A stretch of 64,000 nt of DNA from Candidatus Poribacteria bacterium (GCA_965242965.1 OZ251518.1:1952001-2016000), one strand, 5' to 3'. Shown: positions 29,980 to 40,970, numbered from the stretch's first letter. Numbers and translations are program-made. The notes: generated from the sequence alone by a model not told the origin.

Positions 29980-32658
29980 ATGCAACGCTTACAATCCCAT
30001 TTATCGCATCTTTTACCAAACCTAAGCGTTGTCCGCTCCCCTGCTCTCCTCCCTTACGTCGGACTCATCACCTTCTCCGCCGCTTCCCTTGCGATAGGGC
30101 TCGGAGTCCTCCTCCGAAACCACCTCACATTCACGTGGCACGATACCTCTGGTGTCATCGGTTGGATGAGCGTTCACCAATATCCGAAACAACAAGAATT
30201 CTTCTACTACCTGCTGACACTTATCGGGATACCCGCGGTGATATGTCTCTATTGGCTCGGCTGGCAAGTCTATTCACGCTGGGCAGCCAAACTGACGGCA
30301 CAGCCGTTCCACCATGTGCTGAAGGCGAACGCCTTGGCATCGATTCCGTTATGCCTCTATTGGCTACAACTGCCTCAAATCGACGAGGCAGGATTAACAG
30401 GATTTCTTCTCCCACTCGGTTTTTCCCTCCTCATCAAAGCAGGGCTGCTCTATAATCGCTTTCTGCCATCTTTACAGAACGCGAGGGACAGCGAGGAAGC
30501 CATCGAGACCAGGAGGACTCGCCTACATCACAGCGTCAGCATTGCCGGAGAGAACACCAAATCCCGACTATTACCCATCATCCACCGCTGCGTTGCATCT
30601 GTCCTCATCCCGATTTTCATTTATCTGCTGATGTATTCAGGAGATATTCATGGCAAACTCGATCTGTTTCATGAAGGCGAACGTCTCGCACCGCTGAACG
30701 AAATGTTACGCGGCGGCATCCCGTTCCGCGATATTTACGTCCAGCATGGGCTTTTCCAAAACGCTTACCTCGCAGGCGTTGGCAGTTGGATTTTTGAACC
30801 GACGCTGATGGGCGTGCGTTCAATGGAGCGCGTCTTAGCCCCACTCGGCTATGTCGCGCTCTACCTACTCGGTTTGCAAGTCTTCCGCATGCGATGGCTC
30901 ACCGCCTCTATCTGCGTCCTCATCGCCGCCGGCACCGAATTCTCCGTTTCCGCAAGGCACAGCCTCGGCTTGCTCAGCTTCGCGATAGTAGCGAATTTTC
31001 TAACACACTTCTATCGAGGAGAACACGGTAGAAATCGAGAACGGGAGGGCTCTCCTACGATGCAAGAGTTCTTTTCTCGGCGTGAACTTCCGATCTGGAC
31101 GCGCCTCTTGCATTGGACGCGCTACGCCATCACATTCGGATGGAAACTCAGCCTCGCCGGGGTTTGCACGAGTTTGGCATTCTGGTATAGCACTGAGATA
31201 GGGCTCTATTCCCTCGGCGGCATCGGTTTATTCCTCCTACTCTTTAGCCTCCAAAGCGGAATGCCGATGCCCATTCGTCCAATGCCGTTGACGACTTACA
31301 CTTGCGGGATTCTGCTCGGATTCCTACCGGTAAGCCTCTATTTTCTCTGGCACGGCGCATTAGACGACATGTTCTGGAACACCTATATCCAATGCCGTTA
31401 CCAAATTGCGACGTGGGGTTTAGCGTTTCCCTCACTATCGGATACACTCGCGGTTCTCACTAAGGAAGGTTGGCAAGCGTTTATCTTAAGTGAAGGGTTT
31501 CGGTGGTATCTGCCAATCTGCGTTTTCGGCGTTGTGGCGGGACATTTGACATACCGGTGCCTCTGCAGTCAATTGTGGACTTCAGAAGGCGCGACGAAAC
31601 TGCTCATCTTGTTGCTCGGCGGGATAGCCTTTTTCCGCACTGCCCTCGGCAGGGCTGATGGCGGACATTTGCATTACGGTTCGACCTTTTTATGGCTGCT
31701 CTGTCTGTTGCCGCTTGAACGCGGGTTTCTCGACATGATACGTTCGCTATTTACAAATATCCCTCGCCGCACCAAAAACGGCCCCGACACCGTAGGGCGA
31801 GGGCCTGTCCCTCGCCATGCCGAGGATGCCCCTATCCCTCGCCGCGCCAAAAACACCCCGGATACCGTAGGGCGAGGGCCTGTCCCTCGCCATGCCGAGA
31901 ATGCCCCCGATACCGTAGGGCGAGGGCCTGTCCCTCGCCATGCAGCGATCGCGGGGGACAGGCCCCCGCGCTACGGTAGAAGACAGCTCTCTCGCCATGC
32001 AACGCTCGCGGGGGACAGGCCCCCGCGCTACGGTAGAAGATGGCTCTCTCGCCATGCAACGCTCGCGGGGGACAGGCCCCCGCGCTACGGTATGCAAGGC
32101 CGCCGCCGTGCCCAGGCTATTCTAAAAACCACTTGGATCCTCATCCCCATACTCATCTTCGCTTGGTATGTCAACGAAGTCCATCAACCTCTCGCCGGTT
32201 TTCAAGAGAAATGGCACCGATTACGTCAAAACCCGTTCAATCAGCGCGTTGCATCGGAGGAATTAGCGCGCGCCGGACGCGTTGACATCCCCGATGAACA
32301 GGCAGCGCAGATTCAAAAAGTCGTCGCTTATATCCACGAACATACCGCGCCGAACGAAAAAATCTTTGACTTTACGAGTCAAGGCGCGTATTACTTCTTC
32401 GCGAACAGACCGAGTGTCACCCGATTTCATCAGGTATCTTACGCCTCAACGCCCGCGATGCAGCGCGAGGTTGTCGATGCACTGACACGTGATAAAACGC
32501 GACTCGTGCTCTTCAAAACCGGCGGTTGGTTTGATGCCGTTGATGGCATTCCGGTTGAAGAACGTCACCCGATCATCGCGAAATATCTGCAGGAAAACTA
32601 TACGCTTGCCGTTGACATTAACGGGACACACATTTTATGGAGAACCCCCGGTCTCTAA
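29980..32658 (+). CDS. Polytopic membrane protein, possibly GT-C glycosyltransferase-like, with in-frame repeat insertions
   Basis: Many TM segments; DLFHEG..G.IPFRDIYVQHG loop; C-terminal soluble domain; REP-derived peptides inside. Confidence 0.65.
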   Translation: MQRLQSHLSHLLPNLSVVRSPALLPYVGLITFSAASLAIGLGVLLRNHLTFTWHDTSGVIGWMSVHQYPKQQEFFYYLLTLIGIPAVICLYWLGWQVYSRWAAKLTAQPFHHVLKANALASIPLCLYWLQLPQIDEAGLTGFLLPLGFSLLIKAGLLYNRFLPSLQNARDSEEAIETRRTRLHHSVSIAGENTKSRLLPIIHRCVASVLIPIFIYLLMYSGDIHGKLDLFHEGERLAPLNEMLRGGIPFRDIYVQHGLFQNAYLAGVGSWIFEPTLMGVRSMERVLAPLGYVALYLLGLQVFRMRWLTASICVLIAAGTEFSVSARHSLGLLSFAIVANFLTHFYRGEHGRNREREGSPTMQEFFSRRELPIWTRLLHWTRYAITFGWKLSLAGVCTSLAFWYSTEIGLYSLGGIGLFLLLFSLQSGMPMPIRPMPLTTYTCGILLGFLPVSLYFLWHGALDDMFWNTYIQCRYQIATWGLAFPSLSDTLAVLTKEGWQAFILSEGFRWYLPICVFGVVAGHLTYRCLCSQLWTSEGATKLLILLLGGIAFFRTALGRADGGHLHYGSTFLWLLCLLPLERGFLDMIRSLFTNIPRRTKNGPDTVGRGPVPRHAEDAPIPRRAKNTPDTVGRGPVPRHAENAPDTVGRGPVPRHAAIAGDRPPRYGRRQLSRHATLAGDRPPRYGRRWLSRHATLAGDRPPRYGMQGRRRAQAILKTTWILIPILIFAWYVNEVHQPLAGFQEKWHRLRQNPFNQRVASEELARAGRVDIPDEQAAQIQKVVAYIHEHTAPNEKIFDFTSQGAYYFFANRPSVTRFHQVSYASTPAMQREVVDALTRDKTRLVLFKTGGWFDAVDGIPVEERHPIIAKYLQENYTLAVDINGTHILWRTPGL

Positions 32659-32702
32659 ATTTTGCTTGCAATGCAATGCCAAAATATGCTATATTAAAAA
32701 CT

Positions 32703-35700
32703 ATGCCAACGCTCAACCTCAAACCAACGCATAAGGCGATAACTGCCTATTACGCCGCCCTTGAGCGGTATCAACAACTCGGTGTCTCCCACGAAACCGC
32801 CGTGCGCGCCGCTTTTCAGGCACTTTTGGAGGCATGCGCGCGACAACGGCATTGGACGCTGGTTTGTGAATATACGTTAAACATCGGTAGGAGAGACCTC
32901 CCGGTCTCGACAGGTTCGGTATCGGGACAAGGATGTCCCTCCTACCCAGACACCGGTAGGAGAGACCTCCCGGTCTCGATGCATTCGCGGGGGACAGGCC
33001 CCCGCGCTACGGGGCACAACAACACGATTCGTCTTGACGGTGCCCTACTTGACGCATACAGTCTCCCGCGCGGCACTTGGGAAGCAAAAGGCGTTCACGG
33101 AAACCTCCGCGCCGAAATTGAGAAGAAATTCGACGCGGGATATCCACAGGACAACATCCTCTTCCAAACGCCGGAACGCGCGATTTTGTATCAAAACGGC
33201 AGAGAAGTAATGGACGCGGACATCACCGAACCGGCTCCCCTCGTCGCTGTCCTCAAGGCATTCTTCGGCTATGAGCGCGCACACGCCGCCGAGTGGGAAG
33301 CCGCTGTCACCGCCTTCAGGGCCCTCGTCCCCGAACTGAAACGGGAAGCCAAGGCACTCATTCAGACGCGCCACCGCGAGAGTGCGCGCTTCCGCAACGC
33401 TTTCGCCGATTTCCATCAACTCTGCCAAAACGCTATTCACCCCGCACTCGCCGAAACCGCCGTGGAAGAGATGCTGCTCCAGCACCTCTTAACAGAACGC
33501 ACGTTTCGCACCGTCTTTGATAATCCTGACTTCGCACAGCGCAACATCATCGCTCGCGAAATAGAGAAGGTTATCAACGCGCTCATTGAGAATGCGTATA
33601 GCCGCGATGCATTCCTCGAAAACCTGAAGCCGTTCTATCGGGAAATCGAACGTGAAGCAGCCACCCTCGTCGATTTCTCACAAAAACAGCACTTCCTGAA
33701 TACCGTCTACGAACAGTTTTTTCAAGGGGATTCCGCCGATGTTGCCGATACGCACGGTATCGTTTATACGCCGCAACCCATCGTCGATTTCATGGTGAAG
33801 AGCGTCCAGCATCTCCTCAAAACCGAGTTCGACCGTTCCCTCTCCGATGAAGGCGTTCACATCATCGATGCGTTTGTCGGCACAGGGAACTTCATCGTCC
33901 GCCTGATGCGCGAGATAGAACCACTCAAACTCAACGCCAAATACCGTTCAGAATTGTGGTGCAACGAAGTGCTCCTCTTGCCTTACTACATCGCTAGCCT
34001 CAACATCGAACACGAATTTTACGAATCCACCGGTGAATATCTCCCCTTTGAAGGCATCTCCCTCGTGGATACGTTTGAATTAGCGGAGGACCGGCAGTTA
34101 TCCCTTTTAACGCAGGAGAACACGGCGCGCGTCGAAAAACAGAAGGCATCGCCGATGTTCGTCGTCATCGGCAATCCACCGTATAACGTCGGGCAGGCGA
34201 ATGAGCATGATCAGAATCAAAACCGAAAGTATGCGGCGTTGGATAAACTCATCCAAGAGACATACGCGAAGGACTCGTTAGCGACGAACAAAAAATCGCT
34301 CTATGATCTCTACGTGAAGGCACTCAAATGGGCATCGGAACGCATCGGCGGGGAGGGTATCGTCGCGCTTGTCACGAACAACAGCTTCCTCGATGCGAAG
34401 GCATTTGACGGCATGCGCAAACATCTCGCCCAAGATTTCGACCGGCTCTATATCGTAGACCTTGGCGGCAATGCCCGAAAAGACACCCTCGTCTCCGATG
34501 CCAGCGTCTTCGGCATCCAAGTCGGCGTGAGTATCAATTTCTTCGTCAAAGGGCCGTCTTCCACCGTAGCGCGGGGGCATGAAACGGAGGCGGCCTCGCA
34601 TACCGTAGCGCGGGGGCCTGTCCCCCGCGATCGTTCCATCGACGATAACGCCCACATCTTCTATTACCGAACCGACGACACCTGGAACAAAAACCAAAAA
34701 TTCGACTTCCTCGCGCAAACCGAACACATCGGCAACGTCCCATGGCAAACCCTGCAACCCGACACGCGCCACACCTGGCTCACCGAAGGACTCAACACCG
34801 AATTTTTGACGTTCATCCCGATGGGCACCAAAACCGCCAGACGCGCCAAAGGCAACGTTGAAGATGTCATTTTCCAACTCTATAGCAACGGCGTGAACAC
34901 CACTCGCGATGCGTGGACTTGCAACTTTAACCGAAACATTCTCGCTGAAAACATGCAAGTGATGCATGATTTCTACAATTCGCAGTTGCGCGAATGGAAC
35001 GGCACCGAAGACAAATCCAGGCTCACGGTCGATGATTTTGTCACCTATGCGGATACAAAAATCAAATGGACAATGGATTTGAGGGCAAAGTTGAGGCGCG
35101 GGCGCGTCGCTGAATACGATGAGAGCAAAATTCGGCACTCGCTTTACCGGCCCTTCACCAAAACGCATCTCTACTTCGACCGGCACTTCAATGACAGGGT
35201 GTATCGGTTTCCTTTTATCTTTCCCACGAGAGAGACAGAAGCGGAAAATCGGGTGATTTGCGTGAGTCAATCCAATAGGCAAGATTTCGCGGTGCTAGCA
35301 TCCAAATTCATCCCGAACAGTGCGCTTTACATAGAGCCGCTGCAGGCTTTTCCCTTCTACGCCTACGACGAAGACGGCACGAATCGCCGAGAAAACATCA
35401 CCGATTGGGCGTTGCAAAACTTCCGCGCGCATTACGGCGACGATACCATCACCAAATGGGAGATTTTCCATTATACTTATGGGCTTCTGCATCATCCTGC
35501 GTATCGCGAACGTTACGCCGCCGATCTCAAGCGCGACTTGCCGCATATCCCTTATGTTGAAGACTTCTGGGCATTTGCGAATGCCGGCGCGCAACTCGCA
35601 GAACTGCATGTCAATTATGAATCACAACCGCAATATGAATTGACATCTATCACGAAGGAACGCGCGCTCGATTTGCGCGTGGAACGGATGAAGTTATCCA

Positions 35701-35969
35701 AAGACCGGACATCGCTCATCTACAATGAATCCCTGACGTTAGAGGGCATTCCGCCGGAGGTTTTTGAGTATCGGTTGGGTAAACGTTCGGCATTAGAGTG
35801 GGTGCTGGATCAGTACCGGGTCAAAACAGACGATCGGAGTCAAATCACCAACTCCCCGAACGATGCGGAGTCCCCGCAGGGAATTGTAGATCTCATCGGT
35901 TCGGTAATTACGGTAAGTTTAGAAACGCAGGCGATTGTGTCGGGGTTGCCCCCATTCCCGTTCCCGTAG
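32703..35969 (+). CDS. Single-polypeptide restriction-modification enzyme (nuclease-like N-domain + N6 MTase + type ISP-like specificity domain), no helicase
   Basis: RLDG..WEAK, GIVYTP, DAFVGTGNF, GNPPY, YRPF..LYFD, YTYGLLH..YRERY..LKRDLPHIP. Confidence 0.85.
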   Translation: MPTLNLKPTHKAITAYYAALERYQQLGVSHETAVRAAFQALLEACARQRHWTLVCEYTLNIGRRDLPVSTGSVSGQGCPSYPDTGRRDLPVSMHSRGTGPRATGHNNTIRLDGALLDAYSLPRGTWEAKGVHGNLRAEIEKKFDAGYPQDNILFQTPERAILYQNGREVMDADITEPAPLVAVLKAFFGYERAHAAEWEAAVTAFRALVPELKREAKALIQTRHRESARFRNAFADFHQLCQNAIHPALAETAVEEMLLQHLLTERTFRTVFDNPDFAQRNIIAREIEKVINALIENAYSRDAFLENLKPFYREIEREAATLVDFSQKQHFLNTVYEQFFQGDSADVADTHGIVYTPQPIVDFMVKSVQHLLKTEFDRSLSDEGVHIIDAFVGTGNFIVRLMREIEPLKLNAKYRSELWCNEVLLLPYYIASLNIEHEFYESTGEYLPFEGISLVDTFELAEDRQLSLLTQENTARVEKQKASPMFVVIGNPPYNVGQANEHDQNQNRKYAALDKLIQETYAKDSLATNKKSLYDLYVKALKWASERIGGEGIVALVTNNSFLDAKAFDGMRKHLAQDFDRLYIVDLGGNARKDTLVSDASVFGIQVGVSINFFVKGPSSTVARGHETEAASHTVARGPVPRDRSIDDNAHIFYYRTDDTWNKNQKFDFLAQTEHIGNVPWQTLQPDTRHTWLTEGLNTEFLTFIPMGTKTARRAKGNVEDVIFQLYSNGVNTTRDAWTCNFNRNILAENMQVMHDFYNSQLREWNGTEDKSRLTVDDFVTYADTKIKWTMDLRAKLRRGRVAEYDESKIRHSLYRPFTKTHLYFDRHFNDRVYRFPFIFPTRETEAENRVICVSQSNRQDFAVLASKFIPNSALYIEPLQAFPFYAYDEDGTNRRENITDWALQNFRAHYGDDTITKWEIFHYTYGLLHHPAYRERYAADLKRDLPHIPYVEDFWAFANAGAQLAELHVNYESQPQYELTSITKERALDLRVERMKLSKDRTSLIYNESLTLEGIPPEVFEYRLGKRSALEWVLDQYRVKTDDRSQITNSPNDAESPQGIVDLIGSVITVSLETQAIVSGLPPFPFP

Positions 35970-36745
35970 GAGAGACCTCCCGGTCTCGATTTCTTCGGGT
36001 AGGCGAAACCGATATTTGCGATCAGGCGATCGCAAACTACAGAAAGGATGGGTAGGAGCACTCCCGGTCTCGATTTTTCGTATCGGGACAAGGATGTCCC
36101 TCCTAGAAAAAACGTGTCTTAGGTCCTTTAGGACCTTAATGTCTATAGCACTCGTCGCCGTGAAGAGATTTAAGGTCCTTTAGGTCCTTAATAAATTTTG
36201 ACGCACCCCGTGTTTTCCATATTAAGGTCCTAAAGGACCTTGACAACGAGACGACACGGGTTTCTATAGACATTCAGGTCCTAAAGGACCTAAAGAGGGC
36301 ATCGTGATGATGGAGCTCGCGGGGGAAACCCGCTCGGATGCGCGTGTGGCATCCGAGGGCCCCGCGCTACGGGGGGGAAAAAAACGGTTCTTGCAAGGAA
36401 CGATCGCGGGGGACAGGCCCCCGCGCTACGGTTGTCGAGGCCGTCTCCCTTCATCGTAGGGCGAGGGCCTGTCCCTCGCCATCGTTCGCGCTATCAAAAA
36501 CCGTCTTTAAGGTCCTTTAGGTCCTTAATGTCTATAGCAGCCGATATGCAAAAGGCTTTAAGGTCCTTTAGGTCCTTAATGTGTTTTGACATGCCGCGTG
36601 TTTTTATTAAGGTCCTACGGACCTTGACAACGTAACGATACGTTTTTCTATAGACATTCAGGTCCTAAAGGACCTAAAGAGGGCATCGTGATGAGCATCC
36701 GCGCTACGGTGAAAATCGAGACCGGGAGGTCTCTCCTACCGGCGC
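35965..36745. repeat. Large REP cluster with two GGTCC palindromes
   Basis: Copies at ~36120-36293 and ~36508-36677. Confidence 0.85.
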
Positions 36746-36780
36746 ATCGAGACCTGGCGCGCGCGGACCTATCCCTCTCC

Positions 36781-38202
36781 TCAAACCTCCACGCGCACGA
36801 AGGCAAGATACGCACCCAACATCAACACCATAAAAAACAGCACCAATAACAGCAAATCCATCGCCGCCGTGTTGAAATCGCGACGGAGACTGAGCGTATC
36901 CTCAAAGCGCGGAATCGCCCCAGGTTCTACCTTTTTCTGAGACATGCCGGTTGGAACGCCGATGACATGCAAACTCTCCCTGTCACCCCGGTCTTCCTCA
37001 ATAACGAATTCTCGGAATTGACGGGCGTGGGCTCGGACGTTTTCCAAGAAGTGCAGGTGTCTCTCAAACCCGGTCCCGGCGAACGTCTCCATGAGATGTT
37101 GGACAATCGCTACCGGTGAGATGCGGGTGATGTTCCGCGCGCCTTGCACCTGCGCGATTTGCTCGGCAAGGCGTTCCTGATTCAAGCGTTCCTGTTGCAG
37201 GGCATCTTTCATCACGTATTCTCCCTGCGCCTGCATTTCGGGGGACAACTCCGTGTGTTTTTCGTATTTGAACCCGCGGCCGTATTGATTCTTAAACCGA
37301 TCTTCAAGTGCCTCGTCCAGTTGGCTTCGGCGTTCCCGAAATTCCGCGCTAGACATCGGCGATGAAAACCCACCCGCAATAGCGGCAAGCGTGTTCGGCA
37401 TAAACACGACGAAGGTTACCCACGTCAAGAGCAGAATCACGAGGCTCACCGCGCTGCGCTGCACGCGCGCGGAAACCAGCAACCCTAATGCGAGAAAAAG
37501 GCAGATATAGAGCATCGTGATGAGGCAGATAATGCCTAAACGTTCCCACTCTCCTGCGTTGAGTTGGACACTGCTGTCCGTGGAAATCACTAACAAGTTC
37601 ATCAATCCGGCAACCGCAAAGGGGATGAGGACGCTGATTAAGGCACCGAAGAACTTGCCGAGTAGCACGATGTGGCGCGGGATGGCATTTGCGAGTATCA
37701 AGCGCAATGTCCCACTTTCGCGTTCCCCGGCGATGGCATCAAACGTGAACAGCAGTGCGATCAGACTCAACACATAGCCGATGATAAATCCCCAATCCAC
37801 TTTGGTAACCTCCGGGCGGATATTACCCAAGTTCGGTTGGAGAGAGGGGTAGTTCAGCCGCCAAAAACTTTTCAGCGTGTCGTTTGACCACCAGTTTATT
37901 GCGCGGACAACATCGGGTAGAAAAGCCTCGCCGCCTTCTGCACAGAATTGGAGAGACGACGGCTTTTTATGAAAGTCCCCCGGTCCTTTTCGTGCGAGGA
38001 CGTAGAGGTTGTCCGCCCGCGCCGTTAACGTGTTCCGTGCGTTGGTGACAGCGTCGTGATACTGCTGAATCTGCTTGGGATGCTCGCGGAGATAGACGAT
38101 GGCATTGGTGAGCATCAATGCGAGGAGTAGCAGGGTTGTCAACCCGAATCGGAGGCTATTGAGGTTTTCGTAAAGTTCGCGTTTTGCGATGTGCCAAATC
38201 AT
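36781..38202 (-). CDS. ABC-2 type transporter permease subunit
   Basis: IAKREL, DAIAGERESGTLRL, LLGKF. Confidence 0.85.
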   Translation of the reverse strand: MIWHIAKRELYENLNSLRFGLTTLLLLALMLTNAIVYLREHPKQIQQYHDAVTNARNTLTARADNLYVLARKGPGDFHKKPSSLQFCAEGGEAFLPDVVRAINWWSNDTLKSFWRLNYPSLQPNLGNIRPEVTKVDWGFIIGYVLSLIALLFTFDAIAGERESGTLRLILANAIPRHIVLLGKFFGALISVLIPFAVAGLMNLLVISTDSSVQLNAGEWERLGIICLITMLYICLFLALGLLVSARVQRSAVSLVILLLTWVTFVVFMPNTLAAIAGGFSSPMSSAEFRERRSQLDEALEDRFKNQYGRGFKYEKHTELSPEMQAQGEYVMKDALQQERLNQERLAEQIAQVQGARNITRISPVAIVQHLMETFAGTGFERHLHFLENVRAHARQFREFVIEEDRGDRESLHVIGVPTGMSQKKVEPGAIPRFEDTLSLRRDFNTAAMDLLLLVLFFMVLMLGAYLAFVRVEV

Positions 38203-38220
38203 TTTTTTTGTGTTACCTCA

Positions 38221-39022
38221 ATGCGGGTATTTCATAAGTCGATGCCTTCCCCGTAGGAGAGACCTCCCGGTCTCGATGCCTTCCGGGTCGGCGCGCCTAC
38301 CGGGGCCGCGGCGGCAGAAAGCCCCCTGTCACCGTAGGGCGAGGGCCTGTCCCTCGCCATCGTTCATGCAAGAAAAAACGTCTCTTCAGGTCCGTAGGAC
38401 CTGAATGTCTATAGCACGCGCTGCCCTGAAGAGATTTAAGGTCCTTTAGGTCCTTAATAGCTTTTGCCGGGTCCGCGTGTTTTTTATTAAGGACCTAAAG
38501 GACCTTGACAACGTAACAACACGTTTTTCTATAGACATTTAGGTCCTAAAGGACCTAAGACGATGCATAGAAAAAACGCCACCCTTTACCGTAGGGCGAG
38601 GGCCTGTCCCTCGCCATCATTCATGCAAGAAAAAACGTCTCTTCAGGTCCGTAGGACCTGAATGTCTATAGCACGCGGCGACGCGAAGAGATTTAAGGTC
38701 CTTTAGGTCCTTAATGTGTTTTGATGCGCCGCGCGTGTTTTATTAAGGACCTAAAGGACCTTGACAACGTAACAACACGTTTTTCTATAGACATTTAGGT
38801 CCTAAAGGACCTAAGACGATGCATAGAAAAAACGCCACCCTTTACCGTAGGGCGAGGGCCTGTCCCTCGCCATCGTTCATGCAAGAAAAAACGTCTCTTC
38901 AGGTCCGTAGGACCTAGACACACATCGTAATGATGGAGATCGCGGGGGACAGGCCCCCGCGCTACGGGCCAAATAGGGCAAGATACGTTCCAAAAATCGA
39001 GACCAGGAGGTCTCTCCTACCG
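38221..39022. repeat. ~256-bp tandem unit (REP + GGTCC palindrome), ~2.3 copies
   Basis: CCGTAGGGCGAGGGCCTGTCCCTCGCCATC.TTCATGCAAG at ~38332, ~38589, ~38845. Confidence 0.85.
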
Positions 39023-39055
39023 GGGAAAATCAAAATCGGGACGGCGCGCCCACAA

Positions 39056-40570
39056 TTACACCTCACGCCGCACGAAGACCAGAAATATCACCATGAACAA
39101 AACGAAATTGGTGAGAACCAAGAGGAAAAGATGCGGCAACGCACGCTGTGCATTCACCGCAATACCGCTTCGTTGATAAGAAAACGGCGGCAACGTGCTC
39201 CAATCCGCTTCTCCCTTATCCGAAAGAAACCACTCTCGCGACGCGTAAATCTCCGTATCGTAGAGATAAGCAACCAGTGCCTTTCTCCACTGCCGAACCG
39301 CGCCAAAAAAGTCTTGGATGCTCTCCAAATCCGTGCCAGCCCACGCTTGCGTCGCGGCATCATACATGCCGATAGGCGAAAGGTTCAACCACATCCTGTC
39401 CGTCGCCGCCTGCGAGACATAAATATCCTTGAGTGCAGCCTCGCGCACGTGCCACGTCTTCTCCGCTGTTTTTATCATCAGCGGCACGAGAAAACGGAAA
39501 TAATTTTGTGCATCCGGCACCCGCGTTTCACCCCTCGGTCCAACTTTGTCAAACTGGATACTGAGGTAGTAGGAATACCTTAAGGTGTCCCGCGAAGCAT
39601 TGAAATCCGAGATGACAGAACCTCTGCCGTATATCCCTAAATCCGGTTCCTCTCCAGGGACAAGATCATTGCGGAGGAACTTGAGACGTTCTCTATCAAA
39701 TTCCTCCCACAATTGCTCTATCTGATGAAAAGCGGCATCCCTACGAACCTCTGGTTCTCGCGACGGCTCTGTCAAGACCAGGGTGACGTTTGGATACACC
39801 AGCACCAAGAAGCCCCACGCGAACATGGCGACTATTAAAGCCGTGCTAGTGCGTTGCGTCACTGTTGAAATCAGCATCCCGATGAGGTAAAACACGGACA
39901 GATACGCGATGGATGAAAGCACGATGCCGCCGATGCGGAGAAAATCATCGGCGTTCAACGAAACGGCAGTGGAACTCGTCAACAAAATCAGCATGAGGAG
40001 CAGACTCATCACCACCGGCACCAGCAGGCAGAGCATCGCGCTGATGTATTTCGCGAGCAGGATGTTTCCGCGCCGAATGGAATTTGTCAAGACGAGGCGT
40101 AACGTCCCACGTTCATGTTCCCCTGCGATGGCATCGTAGGCGAAAATGAGTGCCATCAGACTAAGCACCACCTCGAAGATAAAAACAATGTCAATAGAAC
40201 TAAAAATGTGGAAGAGTGGATTATCTTGTCCGTGTGTGCCAGCGTCCCAGAGGGTTGGCACCAAATCGTAAGAAAACCATATCTTGTTTCCCAGCCGTTT
40301 ATCCAAACCGACATTGAAAATGCTCAACGGGTTCGGCGGTCTGTCGAGAAGGAGGACTTCAGCGAGCCCTGCCATATAACTCTTTTTTTTCCACAATAGT
40401 TGCTGATGTGTTTTAACAGCGGTGTTGTAGTCGGTTAATCGCCGTTCGTAATCCTTGCTCAGCACCGCCGTATTCGCGACGACGAGGAGCAGCATGATGA
40501 AGAGTGCCGCGGCGAATCGGAATGTCATGAGGTTATCAAGGATTTCGCGGCGGATTAGCGTTGTTAACAT
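39056..40570 (-). CDS. ABC-2 type transporter permease subunit (paralog)
   Basis: LIRREI, DAIAGEHERGTLRL; start trimmed to ATG 40570. Confidence 0.85.
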   Translation of the reverse strand: MLTTLIRREILDNLMTFRFAAALFIMLLLVVANTAVLSKDYERRLTDYNTAVKTHQQLLWKKKSYMAGLAEVLLLDRPPNPLSIFNVGLDKRLGNKIWFSYDLVPTLWDAGTHGQDNPLFHIFSSIDIVFIFEVVLSLMALIFAYDAIAGEHERGTLRLVLTNSIRRGNILLAKYISAMLCLLVPVVMSLLLMLILLTSSTAVSLNADDFLRIGGIVLSSIAYLSVFYLIGMLISTVTQRTSTALIVAMFAWGFLVLVYPNVTLVLTEPSREPEVRRDAAFHQIEQLWEEFDRERLKFLRNDLVPGEEPDLGIYGRGSVISDFNASRDTLRYSYYLSIQFDKVGPRGETRVPDAQNYFRFLVPLMIKTAEKTWHVREAALKDIYVSQAATDRMWLNLSPIGMYDAATQAWAGTDLESIQDFFGAVRQWRKALVAYLYDTEIYASREWFLSDKGEADWSTLPPFSYQRSGIAVNAQRALPHLFLLVLTNFVLFMVIFLVFVRREV

Positions 40571-40589
40571 CGGTTCATCCTTGTTCTCA

Positions 40590-40950
40590 TCGTAGGGCGG
40601 GGGCCTGTCCCTCATCGAGCGATCGCGGGGGACAGGCCCCCGCGCTACGGTTTGCAAGGCAGCCTCCCTTTCCCCGTAGGGCGAGGGCCTGTCCCTCGCC
40701 ATGCGTGAAGGGGAGACCTCCTCACCTCTGTAGGTCAGGAGTGCCTGCTCCTGAACCGTTCGGGAGCGGGCGCTCCCGAACTACAGAGGTGGGCCCGATG
40801 CGCCCCTGCCCTCCCTTTTCTATCGGCCGTGCCTCGCGCAACCCAACGATCGCGGGGGACAGGCCCCCGCGCTACGGTATCGGGACGGTTTCTCGGCAGC
40901 AGAACTGCCCCCCCCTCACCGTAGGGCGAGGGCCTGTCCCTCGCCATGCC
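40590..40950. repeat. REP cluster
   Basis: Multiple doublets. Confidence 0.85.
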
Positions 40951-40970
40951 ACGGATTAACAAACGCAACT

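Noticed and set aside
34278-35282. 334-aa minus-strand ORF
   Set aside because: Antisense to the R-M gene with no recognisable motifs
29000-39022. Repeat-spacer clusters as CRISPR arrays
   Set aside because: Units alternate in orientation, mix families, have irregular or duplicated spacers, are dispersed, and no cas genes are present
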